64,000 bases of DNA from NCBI GenBank assembly GCA_950097015.1, contig CATNEN010000034.1, positions 3,534,001 to 3,598,000 on the forward strand. The letters run 5' to 3'. Of this stretch, positions 11,281 through 23,247 are shown in pieces (position 1 is the stretch's first letter; each line of letters starts with the position of its first letter). This DNA is from Macrostomum hystrix. Its lineage: Eukaryota > Animalia > Platyhelminthes. Below the pieces are notes generated by a model. That model saw nothing but the letters and a program-made list of their open reading frames with translations. It was not told where the DNA came from and searched no databases. The position numbers and the translations under genes are program-made.

Positions 11281-11932
11281 TTAGAGCATGTCAAGCTCCC
11301 ATCCAATGAAGCTTCACATAGCCATACACCAGACGCATATACTTATCTTTCCCTGACAGACCTGGCATCAAAAAGTCAGGCAAGCGCATCCCATCCAGGG
11401 ATCGTTAATCCACCCAATGAGCCTCATCAATAACGCCTCGCCGCCTATGGGAGCCACTTCGAAATTATCGATCTTCTCGCCATCGAAAGACATATCGAAA
11501 GAGATGACTTGCAATTCGAGAAAACAACTTACATGGAAGTGCAGCAGTTTGAGAACAGCTGACCTGTCTGTCTGGCTCACAAAACTTTTGTTGTACAATG
11601 CACTGGGGAAAAGCAGCGGCTGTCTTCTGCTTCTTCCTCATAATTTTGTTTCTACCGTCTAATAATCGTCTAGCTTTGCACAGATACTAACATACAATTA
11701 TTCCAGCTCAGCCTGACGACAAGAGGAGATCCACATGAAAGCAGATGGGAACCCCTTAACTGCTCACAATCAGGGCAGCGACAGGCCGGGTAAAAAAGCA
11801 AGCGTCTAATATTTTCTTGAAAAGTAAAACTAATTTTCAGATGCTATCTTTTGTATTCCTCCTCTGTTACTTCTCTCTCATCCCAGATTCAGTAGTCTGA
11901 ATCTGCTTCGTCTCATTGTTAAACTTGACTAA

Positions 11933-12720
11933 CTTCTTCCCCTCGGCTTCTTCCCCTCTTCTTCCCCTCTTCTTCCCCTCGGCTTCTTCCCCTCTTCTTC
12001 CCCTCGGCTTCTTCCCCTCTTCTTCCCCTCTTCTTCCCCTCGGCTTCTTCCCCTCTTCTTCCCCTCTTCTTCCCCTCGGCTTCTTCCCCTCTTCTTCCCC
12101 TCGGCTTCTTTCCCTCTTCTTCCCCTCGGCTTCTTCCCCTCGGCTTCTTTCCCTCTTCTTTCCCTCGGCTTCTTCCCCTCGGCTTCTTTCCCTCCTCTTT
12201 CCCTCGTCTTCCTCACGTCTTCTTCCCCTCGTCTTCTTTCCGTCTTCTTTCCCTCGGCTTCTTCCCGCCTTCTTTCCCTCGGCTTCTTCCCGTCTTCTTT
12301 CCCTCGGCTTCTTCCTGCCTTCTTTCCCTCGTCTTCTTCCCGTCTTCTTTCCCTCGGCTTCTTCCCGTCTTCTTTCCCTCGTCTTCCTCACTTCTTCTTT
12401 CCCTCGTCTTCTTCCCTTCTTCTTTCCCTCGGCTTCTTCCCTTCTTCTTTCCCTCGTCTTCTTCCCTTCTTCTTTCCCTCGGCTTCTTCCCGTCTTCTTC
12501 CCCTCGGCTTCTTCCCGTCTTCTTTCCCTCGGCTTCTTCCCGCCTTCTTTCCCTCGTCTTCTTCCCGTCTTCTTTCCCTCGGCTTCTTCCCGCCTTATTC
12601 CCCTCGGCTTCTTCCCCTCTTCTTCCCCTCGGCTTCTTTCCCTCTTCTTTCCCTCGTCTTCCTCACGTCTTCTTCCCCTCGTCTTCTTCCCTTCTTCTTC
12701 GTCCCCTCGTCTTTTTTCGT
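11933..12720. repeat. Polypyrimidine/polypurine low-complexity repeat (cttcttcccctcgg variants)
   Basis: About 790 bp almost entirely C/T on the + strand. Confidence 0.93.
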
Positions 12721-12896
12721 TCTTCTTCTTCCTCTGATCTAATACCCCAAATTTTCTTCCCAAAATCGTTTTCTTCTTCATTTTTTATCTCATTTTTCTC
12801 AAATTCTCCTCTTCCCTCATCTTCTTTCACGAGGCAGATGGACCTCATGACTCACACAGTTAGCAGCAAACTGAGAAGCTCTTAAAGTTGCCATTT

Positions 12897-13066
12897 AGGC
12901 AGTGTACACTCTCACTGGGCCTTTGAGGTTGGCCCTCAAGGGCTGTAAATTGCACGACAAGCCCACAAACCTTCTCTCCGCGGCTGCGAATGTAGTCTCG
13001 CCACGGAATCGAGCTCAGGTACATTGACGCGAGAGGCATTTGCGAAAGACCCTGCCACTCACGCCC
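12897..13066 (-). mobile_element. SINE family 1, 5' half
   Basis: agtgtacactctcactg...ttgcacgacaagcc...ggaatcgagctcag...ctgccactcac matches 28785-29125. Confidence 0.8.
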
Positions 13067-13671
13067 TCTCGCACCACATACAGTACGAAAAAGTACAGGA
13101 GAGTGAAAGCATTGATTTGTCTATCGATATTAAAACGGCTTTTGCGCCTTAGCGACAGTATTGACACACGCGTTTAAAGTTAAAATTCTTAAAAAATGGA
13201 CAATCTTCGCTATTCGTACGAGTATGTGAGGATCGCTGGGTATTGGTAGGCATTGTGTACACACACACACACACTTACCAGTGTTTGATCGGCACTGCAG
13301 GGGCGGGCAGGTGTGAGACCTCTCTGATCCTATTTGAGATTTACGCTCGTATTCAAAGATTCTTTAACGCGTCACTTTTTTATCTTTCGGGATTTATTTT
13401 AAACAGCACGGGCTTTTTGGACTCAAAGCATGTTTGCCTGCTGTTACATGGATCGTAGCGCCCGGGTGGCAACCAGGTAGAAAATGTAAGTCATATGAGT
13501 TAGATTACGTATCAAAATTTTCATCAGCTAAATTCATTTTGTCAAACTCCTAATTCTATTTTATAGCTTTCCGAATTTGTAATATCTAACAAAAACTTAG
13601 ACTTTTAGATCAAAGCACATGTCATTACTCATTTCCTTTGTGTGTGTGCCCGTGACTGGGTACATCCAATG

Positions 13672-14956
13672 CTGCTAGTCCATTGCTGACACTCCTGCTA
13701 GTCCATTGCTGACACTCCTGCTAGTCCATTGCTGACACTCCTGCTAGTCCATTGCTGACACTCCTGCTAGTCCATTGCTGACACTCCTGCTAGTCCATTG
13801 CTGACACTCCTGCTAGTCCATTGCTGACACTCCTGCTAGTCCATTGCTGACACTCCTGCTAGTCCATTGCTGACACTCCTGCTAGTCCATTGCTGACACT
13901 CCTGCTAGTCCATTGCTGACACTCCTGCTAGTCCATTGCTGTCACTCCTGCTAGTCCATTGCTGACACTCCTGCTAGTCCATTGCTGACACTCCTGCTAG
14001 TCCATTGCTGTCACTCCTGCTAGTCCATTGCTGACACTCCTGCTAGTCCATTGCTGACACTCCTGCTAGTCCATTGCTGACACTCCTGCTAGTCCATTGC
14101 TGTCACTCCTGCTAGTCCATTGCTGACACTCCTGCTAGTCCATTGCTGACACTCCTGCTAGTCCATTGCTGACACTCCTGCTAGTCCATTGCTGACACTC
14201 CTGCTAGTCCATTGCTGACAATCCTGCTAGTCCATTGCTGACACTCCTGCTAGTCCATTGCTGTCACTCCTGCTAGTCCATTGCTGACACTCCTGCTAGT
14301 CCATTGCTGTCACTCCTGCTAGTCCATTGCTGTCACTCCTGCTAGTCCATTGCTGTCACTCCTGCTAGTCCATTGCTGACACTCCTGCTAGTCCATTGCT
14401 GACACTCCTGCTAGTCCATTGCTGACACTCCTGCTAGTCCATTGCTGACACTCCTGCTAGTCCATTGCTGACACTCCTGCTAGTCCATTGCTGACACTCC
14501 TGCTAGTCCATTGCTGTCACTCCTGCTAGTCCATTGCTGTCACTCCTGCTAGTCCATTGCTGTCACTCCTGCTAGTCCATTGCTGACACTCCTGCTAGTC
14601 CATTGCTGTCACTCCTGCTAGTCCATTGCTGACACTCCTGCTAGTCCATTGCTGTCACTCCTGCTAGTCCATTGCTGACACTCCTGCTAGTCCATTGCTG
14701 TCACTCCTGCTAGTCCATTGCTGACACTCCTGCTAGTCCATTGCTGACACTCCTGCTAGTCCATTGTTGTCACTCCTGCTAGTCCATTGCTGACACTCCT
14801 GCTAGTCCATTGCTGTCACTCCTGCTAGTCCATTGCTGACACTCCTGCTAGTCCATTGCTGACACTCCTGCTAGTCCATTGCTGTCACTCCTGCTAGTCC
14901 ATTGCTGACACTCCTGCTAGTCCATTGCTGACACTCCTGCTAGTCCCTTGCTGTCA
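13672..14956. repeat. 23-bp minisatellite (ctgctagtccattgctgacactc) x~56
   Basis: Near-perfect units with a gac/gtc variant. Confidence 0.98.
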
Positions 14957-15100
14957 TTGCTGCTTTTAAAAGCAGTCTCTAGGCCTCTGCTATTGCCCGC
15001 GCATTCTGGTACAGTTGTTTTTTTATTCGTTCATTCGTTCTATGGCAAAGTAATAATACTATCGAACTAACTCACCATTTTTTGATCTAATTATAGAGTA

Positions 15101-15430
15101 ATGTCGGACAAACCAGCAGCCTCAGCGGCTGGCAGCTCTGAGGCAAGCCCGATTCTCGCCTGTAGCGACAAGGACGCCGAGAATACCGTCCTGGCTACAG
15201 CGGCGGCGGTGTCAGCCGTCGTCGTTGACTGGTCAGGTTCGACGTCGCTGCACGGCGTCGCTCACCTGTCAACCCAGTCCTGCTGTCGGCGCCTACTCTG
15301 GCTACTACTTGTGCTGGCCTCACTAGGAGCATTTTTGGCCATTCTTGGGACGTTGATTACGAAGTATCAGGGCTACCCGGTCAGCTGGGTACACGAGGAA
15401 AATGTGGTGTCTAGTTTGGCTTTTCCGGCC
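15101..15430 (+). CDS. DEG/ENaC (ASIC/FaNaC-like) sodium channel, exon 1; join(15101..15430,16423..16746,17374..17838,18523..19092), ~562 aa
   Basis: STSLHG gating motif, TM1 RLLWLLLVLASLGAFLAILG, FPA| followed by gtgagt donor, phase 0. Confidence 0.9.
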
Positions 15431-15609
15431 GTGAGTATGAGTATCTTTTTTTTCAAGAAACTCCTAGATAGTAATTTTCTATTTTTAAAACAATTTTTCC
15501 TGGCGAAAAAAGTTTGCCGATTCTTTTTTTAGGGTAAGTCGGGTGACGTCATTTTCGATTTTTTGAAATAGCCTGTATATATTTCATCTTCTTCTAGTGG
15601 TCCTTGATA

Positions 15610-15802
15610 TTTCATTGAGCAACGCTGGGATTCCCAGCGGTTCTGTTTACACCATAGACATTCCACCGGGGTTTTAATGTCGTCCATTAAAACCCCGCGG
15701 TGTTTAAGGGCGGGAATCCCAGCGTTGCTCAATGAAAATACACACTTAACGTTTGAAATACAAGAATCCAAAGGGAATTCCCTGTGGGAATTCCCCATAG
15801 AC
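15610..15802. repeat. Nested inverted-repeat (hairpin) module in ENaC intron 1
   Basis: Perfect 26-bp IR 15610-15635 / 15712-15737; inner 12-bp IR 15668-15679 / 15685-15696; ccatagac at 15652 and 15795. Confidence 0.85.
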
Positions 15803-16422
15803 ATAGTTTAACGATGTTCATTGAAACCCTTGCTCAGCGCTGTTCAATGTATTTCAGACACAACCAGATCTGCACCAACAGTTAGGCTTCTCATTTCTCG
15901 TACTTGTAATTATTCGTGCAACTTCATTGGATCAAAGCTGAGTGCTTGCGGCTTTTGCCTAAGCTTTTTTCTAACGATTTCAACTGCTTTAGTGAGAAGC
16001 AGATAGTGCTTAATCTCTTGTTATGTTAATCTTGACAATGGCTTGCTCATCAAAGGCTTATGGTAGTGAACTTCACCATAACCCCCGAAATTCTCTGCGT
16101 GACGAACAGCATCGGACTGAATTATATTTTTGGCATTAGTTTGATTCGCTGCAGCAGCCGGACGGCGGCTGTCGCGAGGAGACAGGAGAGGTCCTTTAAA
16201 ACATGTAAAATACATATATATATGTAAATACATATAAGGACTACATGACAAAAAATCCGGGAATTTATGTTCAAGAATTCAGTTTTCGTTATAGCTGTTA
16301 TTTACAAAAGTGATGTGATGTAGACTTCAGTTGGCACCCTGACAACTTCACCAACGTCACCCAAGGTCGAACGATACGTCTTCATAATTCTGATCGACTT
16401 TAACCCCACGACTTCTCTCCAG

Positions 16423-16746
16423 GTGACACTGTGCCCCTTGAATCCTATTTCTCTTCATCTGAGCGCCAGGAATCCCAAAGTTCTGAGCCTGCTCGGGGTA
16501 TTGACGGAGCAAGAAGACCATGATCAGCAGCAACGCCGACACTTCCGACCGCCGCCGCCACCGCGCGGCGAGTATAGTCAGTACGCCGGATACGCCAGAT
16601 GGAGCAGACGTCTGAGCTGCCGTTTGGCCGCCGCGTCGGCAGCCGAGACCGCCTGGATGCGGGTGGCGCCCAACAGACCCAAGCGATCGCAAACTGTGCG
16701 CGACACTGTCCAGATGGCGCTGAGCAGACTGGCCGATGCCGAGCAG
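16423..16746 (+). CDS. DEG/ENaC exon 2
   Basis: ctctccag acceptor; VTLCPLNP completes the FPA-VTxC motif; donor CAG|gtgcgc at 16747. Confidence 0.85.
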
Positions 16747-17373
16747 GTGCGCTAGTTGCGTGAAATGAAATGACAGGTGAAAAGTTTCTGAGATCGAGTC
16801 CTCGGATTTGGAACGCAGCCTCGGAGAGAAGGCTTGGAGATCTCGTTCAAATTAGATGTGCACACCTGTGTTAAGTGTGCACTTTTAATTTAGCGGTGTG
16901 TGTGCTCAGAAGTCATAGCCACCTCGCCTCCTCGCTGGTTGCGTGTAGACGCGCACGCGCACGAAAATAAATTTTCTAACTAAAGGATACCGATTGGATT
17001 TGCTAAGGCTGATTCACGTCGACTGCAGTCGTCAGTTGGCAATTAGATTTTACTTTGCTCACATTGGCAAATCCAGGCCAGATAATTACCAATTCCCAGA
17101 AGCTGCAGCCGATTTGAACTGACTTTTTAGAGACCAGATTTTATCGGGAAGTGAAGTCGAGTTATTTCAAAGAACTAAAAGTTGAAACTCAATAGAAGTT
17201 TAGAAGGCTCGCTTCACAAGATGCTCATAAGGCCCACTAGCTAATTACCGTTGTGAGCATTTATGTTAGCTGCACGGGGATCACTCTAGTCGGCATCTAA
17301 CAACGAGAATTATGTCCAGTATTTGTCTGTGCGCCTGTGCAGCCGAATTCTTTAACATCGAACTTTTCATGAG

Positions 17374-17838
17374 GCTTCCGTAATGCCCGGCCTTGGCGGC
17401 TTGATGGCCGACTGTCAGTTCAACGGGCGCCAGTGTACGCCGGAGAACTTCACCACAATCGTCAGCCCGGAGTTCGGTCGCTGCTACGTTTTCAATTTTC
17501 GCGGCAACGAACGAGTACGCTCGGCTGGTCCCGACTCTGGCCTCTTCATCAGCCTGTTCGCAAATCAGTCCGACTACGTGGCCGGCCTGGCTAAGTCGGC
17601 CGGCTTCCGCTTGGTACTGCACCGGCCGGGCGAGCTGCCGCTGCCGGTCAGCGAGGGCTTCGACCTGGCGCCCGGCCTGCTCACCCGTGTCGGCTTTGCA
17701 ACGCGAGTCCAGCGGCTTCTGACGCCGCCCTACGGGCCATGTCGCAGGGTTAGCGCAGAGGAGAACGCGGCCAACAATCTGTTCAGCGCCATGGTGGTGG
17801 ATCCGTTGACCAATGCTAGCCTAGTCAAGTACACCAAG
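17374..17838 (+). CDS. DEG/ENaC exon 3 (5' boundary uncertain)
   Basis: DCQFNGRQC, FGRCYVFN, GPDSGLFISL, GFRLVLH, PYGPC motifs; donor AAG|gtgagg at 17839; the only in-frame acceptor found is a non-consensus GAG at 17371-17373. Confidence 0.85.
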
Positions 17839-18194
17839 GTGAGGTAGATCCATATGAAACGTTTGAATAATGCACTGAAAGTTTGACTTTTCGACAGCGT
17901 GAAGTTTTGAGCCTGTGAAACGCACAACATCGAATGTGCAGTACATGTGTGTGCATTCGTGAAAACTAATATCAAATTTAGCAAGCACCCGAATGCACAC
18001 ACTATTGGTGGAATCGGACAAACTGTGATAAGACGCTCCTTGAGCGAAACAAACTTTGAGAGAAGCTTCTTTGTCGAGCTTCTGCTTGCGACAAATGGCT
18101 CAGAAAATTGACTTCCTAGAAAGAGTTCATTCACAGACTGTGAGTTCTATGGCGAAGGCTAGGGTTTACCTAAAAGCATCGCTGCCAAATAAGG

Positions 18195-18485
18195 AGTGTA
18201 CTTTCCTGAGCTCGATTCATTTGGGAAGCAGCCACATAGAGAGTGCTTGGGGGCTTGTTGCGCGATTTCCGCCCTTGAGGCCCAACCTCCAAGGCACTAT
18301 GAGAATGTACGCTGCCTGATGATGAGATAGTCGATAAGGCAGATGTACACACCTAGGTGAGCGTGTGCCTGTGTACAGTATCTGTGTGCGTATGTGCTTA
18401 TGAGTTGGTGGAATGTTCAGAATTGCCTCCTCGCCGAATGCGGGTCTACTGTGGCCAGTGCCCGCAGGCCGCCTGCAATGACTAT
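18195..18485 (+). mobile_element. SINE family 1 copy in ENaC intron 3
   Basis: gcagatgtacacacc...cagaattgcctcctcgc...gcgggtcta shared with other copies. Confidence 0.75.
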
Positions 18486-18522
18486 TATTGTGCGCAAGGC
18501 CGCCTCCCCACATCAACGCCAG

Positions 18523-19092
18523 GCCACATGCCAGCTGTCCTGCGCTCAGCGCCTGGCACTGCAGCATCCTGCCTGCCGCTGCTTCATCCCGCGCTACTAT
18601 GCTCCCGAGCACATCCGCCTGGCTAGCCGCGCCTGTGAGATTCGTCGTGGTCGCGAGAGTCCCTGCCTGAGGCAACCATTTGTGGCAGCTGCGGCGGCCA
18701 CCTGCAACACTGCCTGCCCGGACCAGTGCAGCTGGATTCGCTACCGGGCGACCATCAGCGCCTCGGGTTGGCCCACAGCAGCCGGTGCCGACAAGCTCCT
18801 GCAGCGCCTCACCCGGCGTCACCTGATAACCAGCAAGCTGTTGAATCGACTGTCACGCCGACAGCAGCGCAGCTTCATCAAGCAGAACGCTCTGGCCGCG
18901 TCCGTCTACGCTGAGGAACTGCGCGTACGCGTCAATCGGCAGGAGAGCTCCTACGGCCTAGCGGACCTCCTCTCCGACATCGGCGGCCAAGGCGGCCTGT
19001 GGCTTGGCGTCAGCTTCCTGACGGTGTGCGAGCTGCTGGAGATGCTGGCCAGGCTGTGTCGGCTATGCTGCTGCGGCTTTTGGACTCGATAA
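18523..19092 (+). CDS. DEG/ENaC exon 4 (Cys-rich domain, TM2)
   Basis: cgccag acceptor, phase 0; TCQLSC..CRC, CPDQC..IRY; LLSDIGGQGGLWLGVSFLTVCELLE TM2; TAA 19090-19092. Confidence 0.9.
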   Translation, partial: ATCQLSCAQRLALQHPACRCFIPRYYAPEHIRLASRACEIRRGRESPCLRQPFVAAAAATCNTACPDQCSWIRYRATISASGWPTAAGADKLLQRLTRRHLITSKLLNRLSRRQQRSFIKQNALAASVYAEELRVRVNRQESSYGLADLLSDIGGQGGLWLGVSFLTVCELLEMLARLCRLCCCGFWTR

Positions 19093-21789
19093 CCGCTTTT
19101 TTTGAGACTCAGCTGACAAAAAATACTAAATTGACTTAATTAACTACTGACGAGTAGAAGGGCACAATTTTTTCACGAGATAAATAACGGTACCAATCAA
19201 ATAATGGGACAGAACAGAGCAGAGTGGTCTTGGGTGTCCCGAAACCAAGTTTGAAAATTATCGTAATGAGTAAGTTGGGATTGATCTGCAAGAAATTCAA
19301 TGCGTACAAATTTATATGCTCCATCTGTACGACAAGGGAACCTCAAAGTCTTAAAGATTTAGAGTCTTAAAGTCACAATAGTTCACGGGGTGAATCTTGA
19401 GTGAAAGCCATCAAGCCATTCAAGATGCTAATAGTTTGTTAGCACCAACAATTAGTTTATTGGCTAATAAAATATTGTTATATTTGCTTTTCGCAAAAAA
19501 TTGCTGGTTCTTCGTGATAATGTTAGCATGCAACCTCGGTAAAGGTTCAGCTTTATCTTAACTAATATGAGTAATAAGCAATAAAGTTGTCCGCTTACTA
19601 TATAGACACTCGTTGCTTACAGAATTCTCTTTATTAGTTAAAATTTTTGGAGCAAGTTATGCATCATATTATAGATGCAAACGTGGCGAATAATAATTAT
19701 TATTTAAGCTCTATTTTCAGTATTAGCTGGCGTTACTGGCTACAAACGTTGCATTTTATCGCACGTCTCATTTTTAGACGCATCGCAGACGTTTCTTAAT
19801 TAAACAATTTTAATATAATTCCAAAAGACTGGAACTGCTGATATTGTCTCAGCACCGTTGGTGCGGTGTGGGTTGCTGAATGTGCTTGATTATAGCGAGC
19901 CTTCCTGAGACGGCGGCGGCAGCCATATTGCTGAAGATGCTGCTCACGCTAGGCAGCCAACAGTCGCGGCCATTTTATCAAATCATGGAACCCTTCGAAA
20001 TTCTTACCTTATCAATGACTTCTTTTATTTTGCTCCCTATAGCTGGACCACTTGACTGAATGAATTTCTAAATTTGACTGGAATAACTGTAATTTCAGTT
20101 GCTAATTAAATTCACTTGCATGTACACTCTCTGGAACAATACTCTTTAAATTGATTGCCACCGTAAAGATCATCGCATAGCACGAATACTCAATTTATTG
20201 CATGGCATGATCAAGACGGCCTTGTAGGACCTTGCCCAGCAGCCTGTAGCCACGCAGTTGTGCCGTCCACGTCTCGCGGCACGGCCCGACTTTGCGCCTT
20301 GCCTGGGCGCTGGCCAGCCTCCTGCAGAACCTGATGGCCAGACGCAGCCTGAGCCAGCCCGCCAACCACACCGCACCACATGAAGACTTCTGGTCAAGGC
20401 TCATCCGTCCGCACGCAGTCCTAATCTCCTGCAGAGCCTCGCCAATGCTCTGCGGGCTATTTTCGACTGTCCAAATTCGATCGAAGCCTGGCCGGTGCTC
20501 GTGTCCTGGGCCAAGCGCAGTGCGACGTGTGGATCCCAATGTCCCTAGACTCGTTTATGTCTGCCGAAGGTCATTATAACAACAGTACCTTGTAGTGTTC
20601 CATTTTATTTTTAACTCTAGAAACGTCTATTTTTACGAAAAAGTGTTTCTAATTAATTGCATAAAATATTTTTGTTTTACTAGACTGTAAAAAAGTTCCG
20701 GAAATTTGCATTAATGTTCTTCTAATCAACTCAATGTAGCTAAATCCACAATATGAGTACAAAATAAATAAAAAAAGGCATCATAATTCTCTTATCAAAA
20801 TCTTATAATTTCCTTTAAGCTTCTCTTATTGCAACTGATAAGTTGCTTTCGTGATTAAGTTTCGCGTAGCATAGCGATAATTAAAATTTCTGCCAATTTC
20901 GCAATCATATTGACTGCTAATACTGCGTCAGTGGATCGATTTCATTTCATTCATTTCACATGAAATGAATTAGCTTTTGTGCAGAGCTTTTGTGTTGCGG
21001 ATGTGTCTGAAAACATCACATCTAAAATACATATATAAGTTCTTCCTACTGATTGTACTTAAGGCATTGTACATTGAATATTTATTTTACTGCTTCCTAG
21101 ACCAAGACTATACTTGTCACTTGTATCTCTACTACTGCCACTGGTGGTCTAAGAACATTACAGTCGTTGCATATTGTTTTTCTTAAACTAGTTGCATTAT
21201 GAGTACATAGCATGCCTCTAAATATATCTTGCCAGAACCTATTTAACTATAACTTTTACTAATATACATACATATTGTATAAGTATATTTTACATATTGG
21301 TTAAATTTGATTTTAGTTTAACCTTGGCAACTTGTGGCCGATGCTTGAATATATCTATGGCTTGGTGGTGAATAGATTAGGCCTAGACAATAGTTTTAAA
21401 AATTCCATACTATAGACCCTACACTGCACTGCTACTGGTTTAAAAATTACTTCTTTTAGAACATGGATCAAATTTAGATCCTTCTTTGGGATCATTAGAT
21501 ATTAAGCCTATACCTAGCTATTGTCATGTTGAAGACCTTAAATATCTAATGATAAATTAAGTTATGTATATCACTTGGCTAATCTGTTTTTTTCCTATAA
21601 TCTTACATTGATATCTCAATATATATATCTAGAGCATGTCCCCTAAAATTTCCAATTTTTTTATTTTTAAACTGGAGCAGATACTGAGATAGATATTTAT
21701 TCGTATTTTACATAAATTATCATAAAGCTATCCTCTCTATGCAGGCTAAGAATGTGACTAGTCCTGGTGGACTAGCCAGTGCCAATCGG

Positions 21790-22200
21790 CACCAAGGTGA
21801 ATACAGAATATTACCAATGGGTACTGCAAGAAAGATTGAGGCTAGCCATCAGGAAAAACGGCCTAGTTTGCTGGAGAAATGTGTGATTTTTTACCACGAC
21901 AACAAACCTGTGTACCCGCCAGAAGAGTAGAGGTGCTCCTAGAGTCCTAGAGCTAGGAGGTCCTGGCACAGCCATGCTATTCACCTGATTTGGCTCCAGC
22001 GGACTTCTATATATTTCCCAGAATGAAGAGTCTTTGTGGTCAATCCTTTGCCTCTGTGGAGCAGATTAACAACATGTTTCATCAGTTTTGCAGCATCTGG
22101 CAACTGGCAGCTATGATGCTGCTTTTCAATAGTGGGTATGGTGCTAGCAAAAGTGCATGGTGGCAAATTTGTGGAGTAACTATGCGTTATCTATAGTTGG
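21790..22200 (+). pseudogene. Degraded mariner (D,D34D-type) transposase fragment
   Basis: VNTEYY..LQERLRLAIR, frameshift, KRP...VIFYHDNKP, then YSPDLAPADFYIFPRMK; stops and frameshifts present. Confidence 0.85.
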
Positions 22201-22941
22201 TCTATGACCAATTTTCACTACTGTTAAAGTTTTGAGACTTTCCTTTAAACTTTTGGCCTTTTATTGTTGACCAAAATTACTTATGGGATAACCTTTGTTG
22301 TAATAGTTGTGTGTGGGCATAATTGTTTTAAATTGTGTATAGATAAACATATGAATATATCTGGCATTAGTATAGTTTTTTGCTAAAATATTTAGTACTA
22401 AAGAATTGTATAGGCCTACTAATAATTCTAAGGAAGAAAATGTATTTTTAAGCAAGTTGTCAGCTATCATTTCTGATAGATCTTGAGGGTTAAACTCTAG
22501 CAATGGCATATCTACACTTTGACAAACATCTGTTAGTGGGATAATAAATGTTAGATCCAGAGCAGATGTCTAGCAATAATTGTACTAAAAAATCACTAGT
22601 CAACAAATTCTCAGAGAAAGCTGCATGGATCTACATGTAGCTTCCATCCCCATCTAATTGCAAGACTAAATAATATGAAAGATTTTGTCATAGCTATAGG
22701 CTGTCCTGCTTGCATCCTGTTCTGTAATGAAAACAAATTTTTGCTATGGACTACACATCTAAGGTCTTTAAATACATCAAAAATTGTATAACAAGTTTTG
22801 ACATGTAGCAAACCTTGATTAGAATTGATCTCTTTAAGGTACATATTTTATCTTACAAATAGTTGTAAATTCATTATTATTAAGTTATGACAGCTATTAA
22901 GTAAATGGAACTATATTTATGCTATAATAATAGTACTAATT

Positions 22942-23247
22942 GATAATAATAATAATAATTTATTATATCTGCCCCAATTGGGTCAGATGTGCAGCCGACA
23001 GCACAGCCGCAGCTAATGTGCAGAGTATCTGAAGGCTGCGTACAGCTGTTCAGTCCATGGACTGGGGGGCGCCACACCCACCTTCAATTATCCCAGCTGA
23101 TGCTGGTACCCATTTAACAGCTGGGTGAACTGAAGCAATGCAGAGTTAAGTGTCTTGCTAAAGGACTCAAATTGTTCCAGTGGAGTCGGGAATCAAACCC
23201 CTGACCTTTAAGTCGTGAGTCCGATGCTCTAACCACTAGGCTACAAC
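22942..23247 (-). mobile_element. SINE family 2 (tRNA head, CORE/V-like middle, (ATT)n tail), full-length copy
   Basis: Minus strand: tagcctagtggttagagc A-box, ggtttgattccc B-box, ttagcaagacacttaac..gcttcagttcacccagctg..aaatgggtacc central block, (aat)n at 22942-22962. Confidence 0.85.

Noticed and set aside
11867-12781. Arg/Glu/Lys-rich and Phe/Pro/Ser-rich ORFs
   Set aside because: Products of the C/T low-complexity tract
18394-18522. 5' part of the 232-aa ORF as ENaC coding sequence
   Set aside because: It lies in a SINE within intron 3; channel homology starts at the acceptor at 18523
19888-19901. Exact 14-mer gattatagcgagcc repeated at 28122
   Set aside because: Several chance 14-mer matches are expected in 64 kb; no extended similarity
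23180-23247. tRNA gene
   Set aside because: A/B boxes are present but run into SINE body sequence found in multiple copies; no complete cloverleaf
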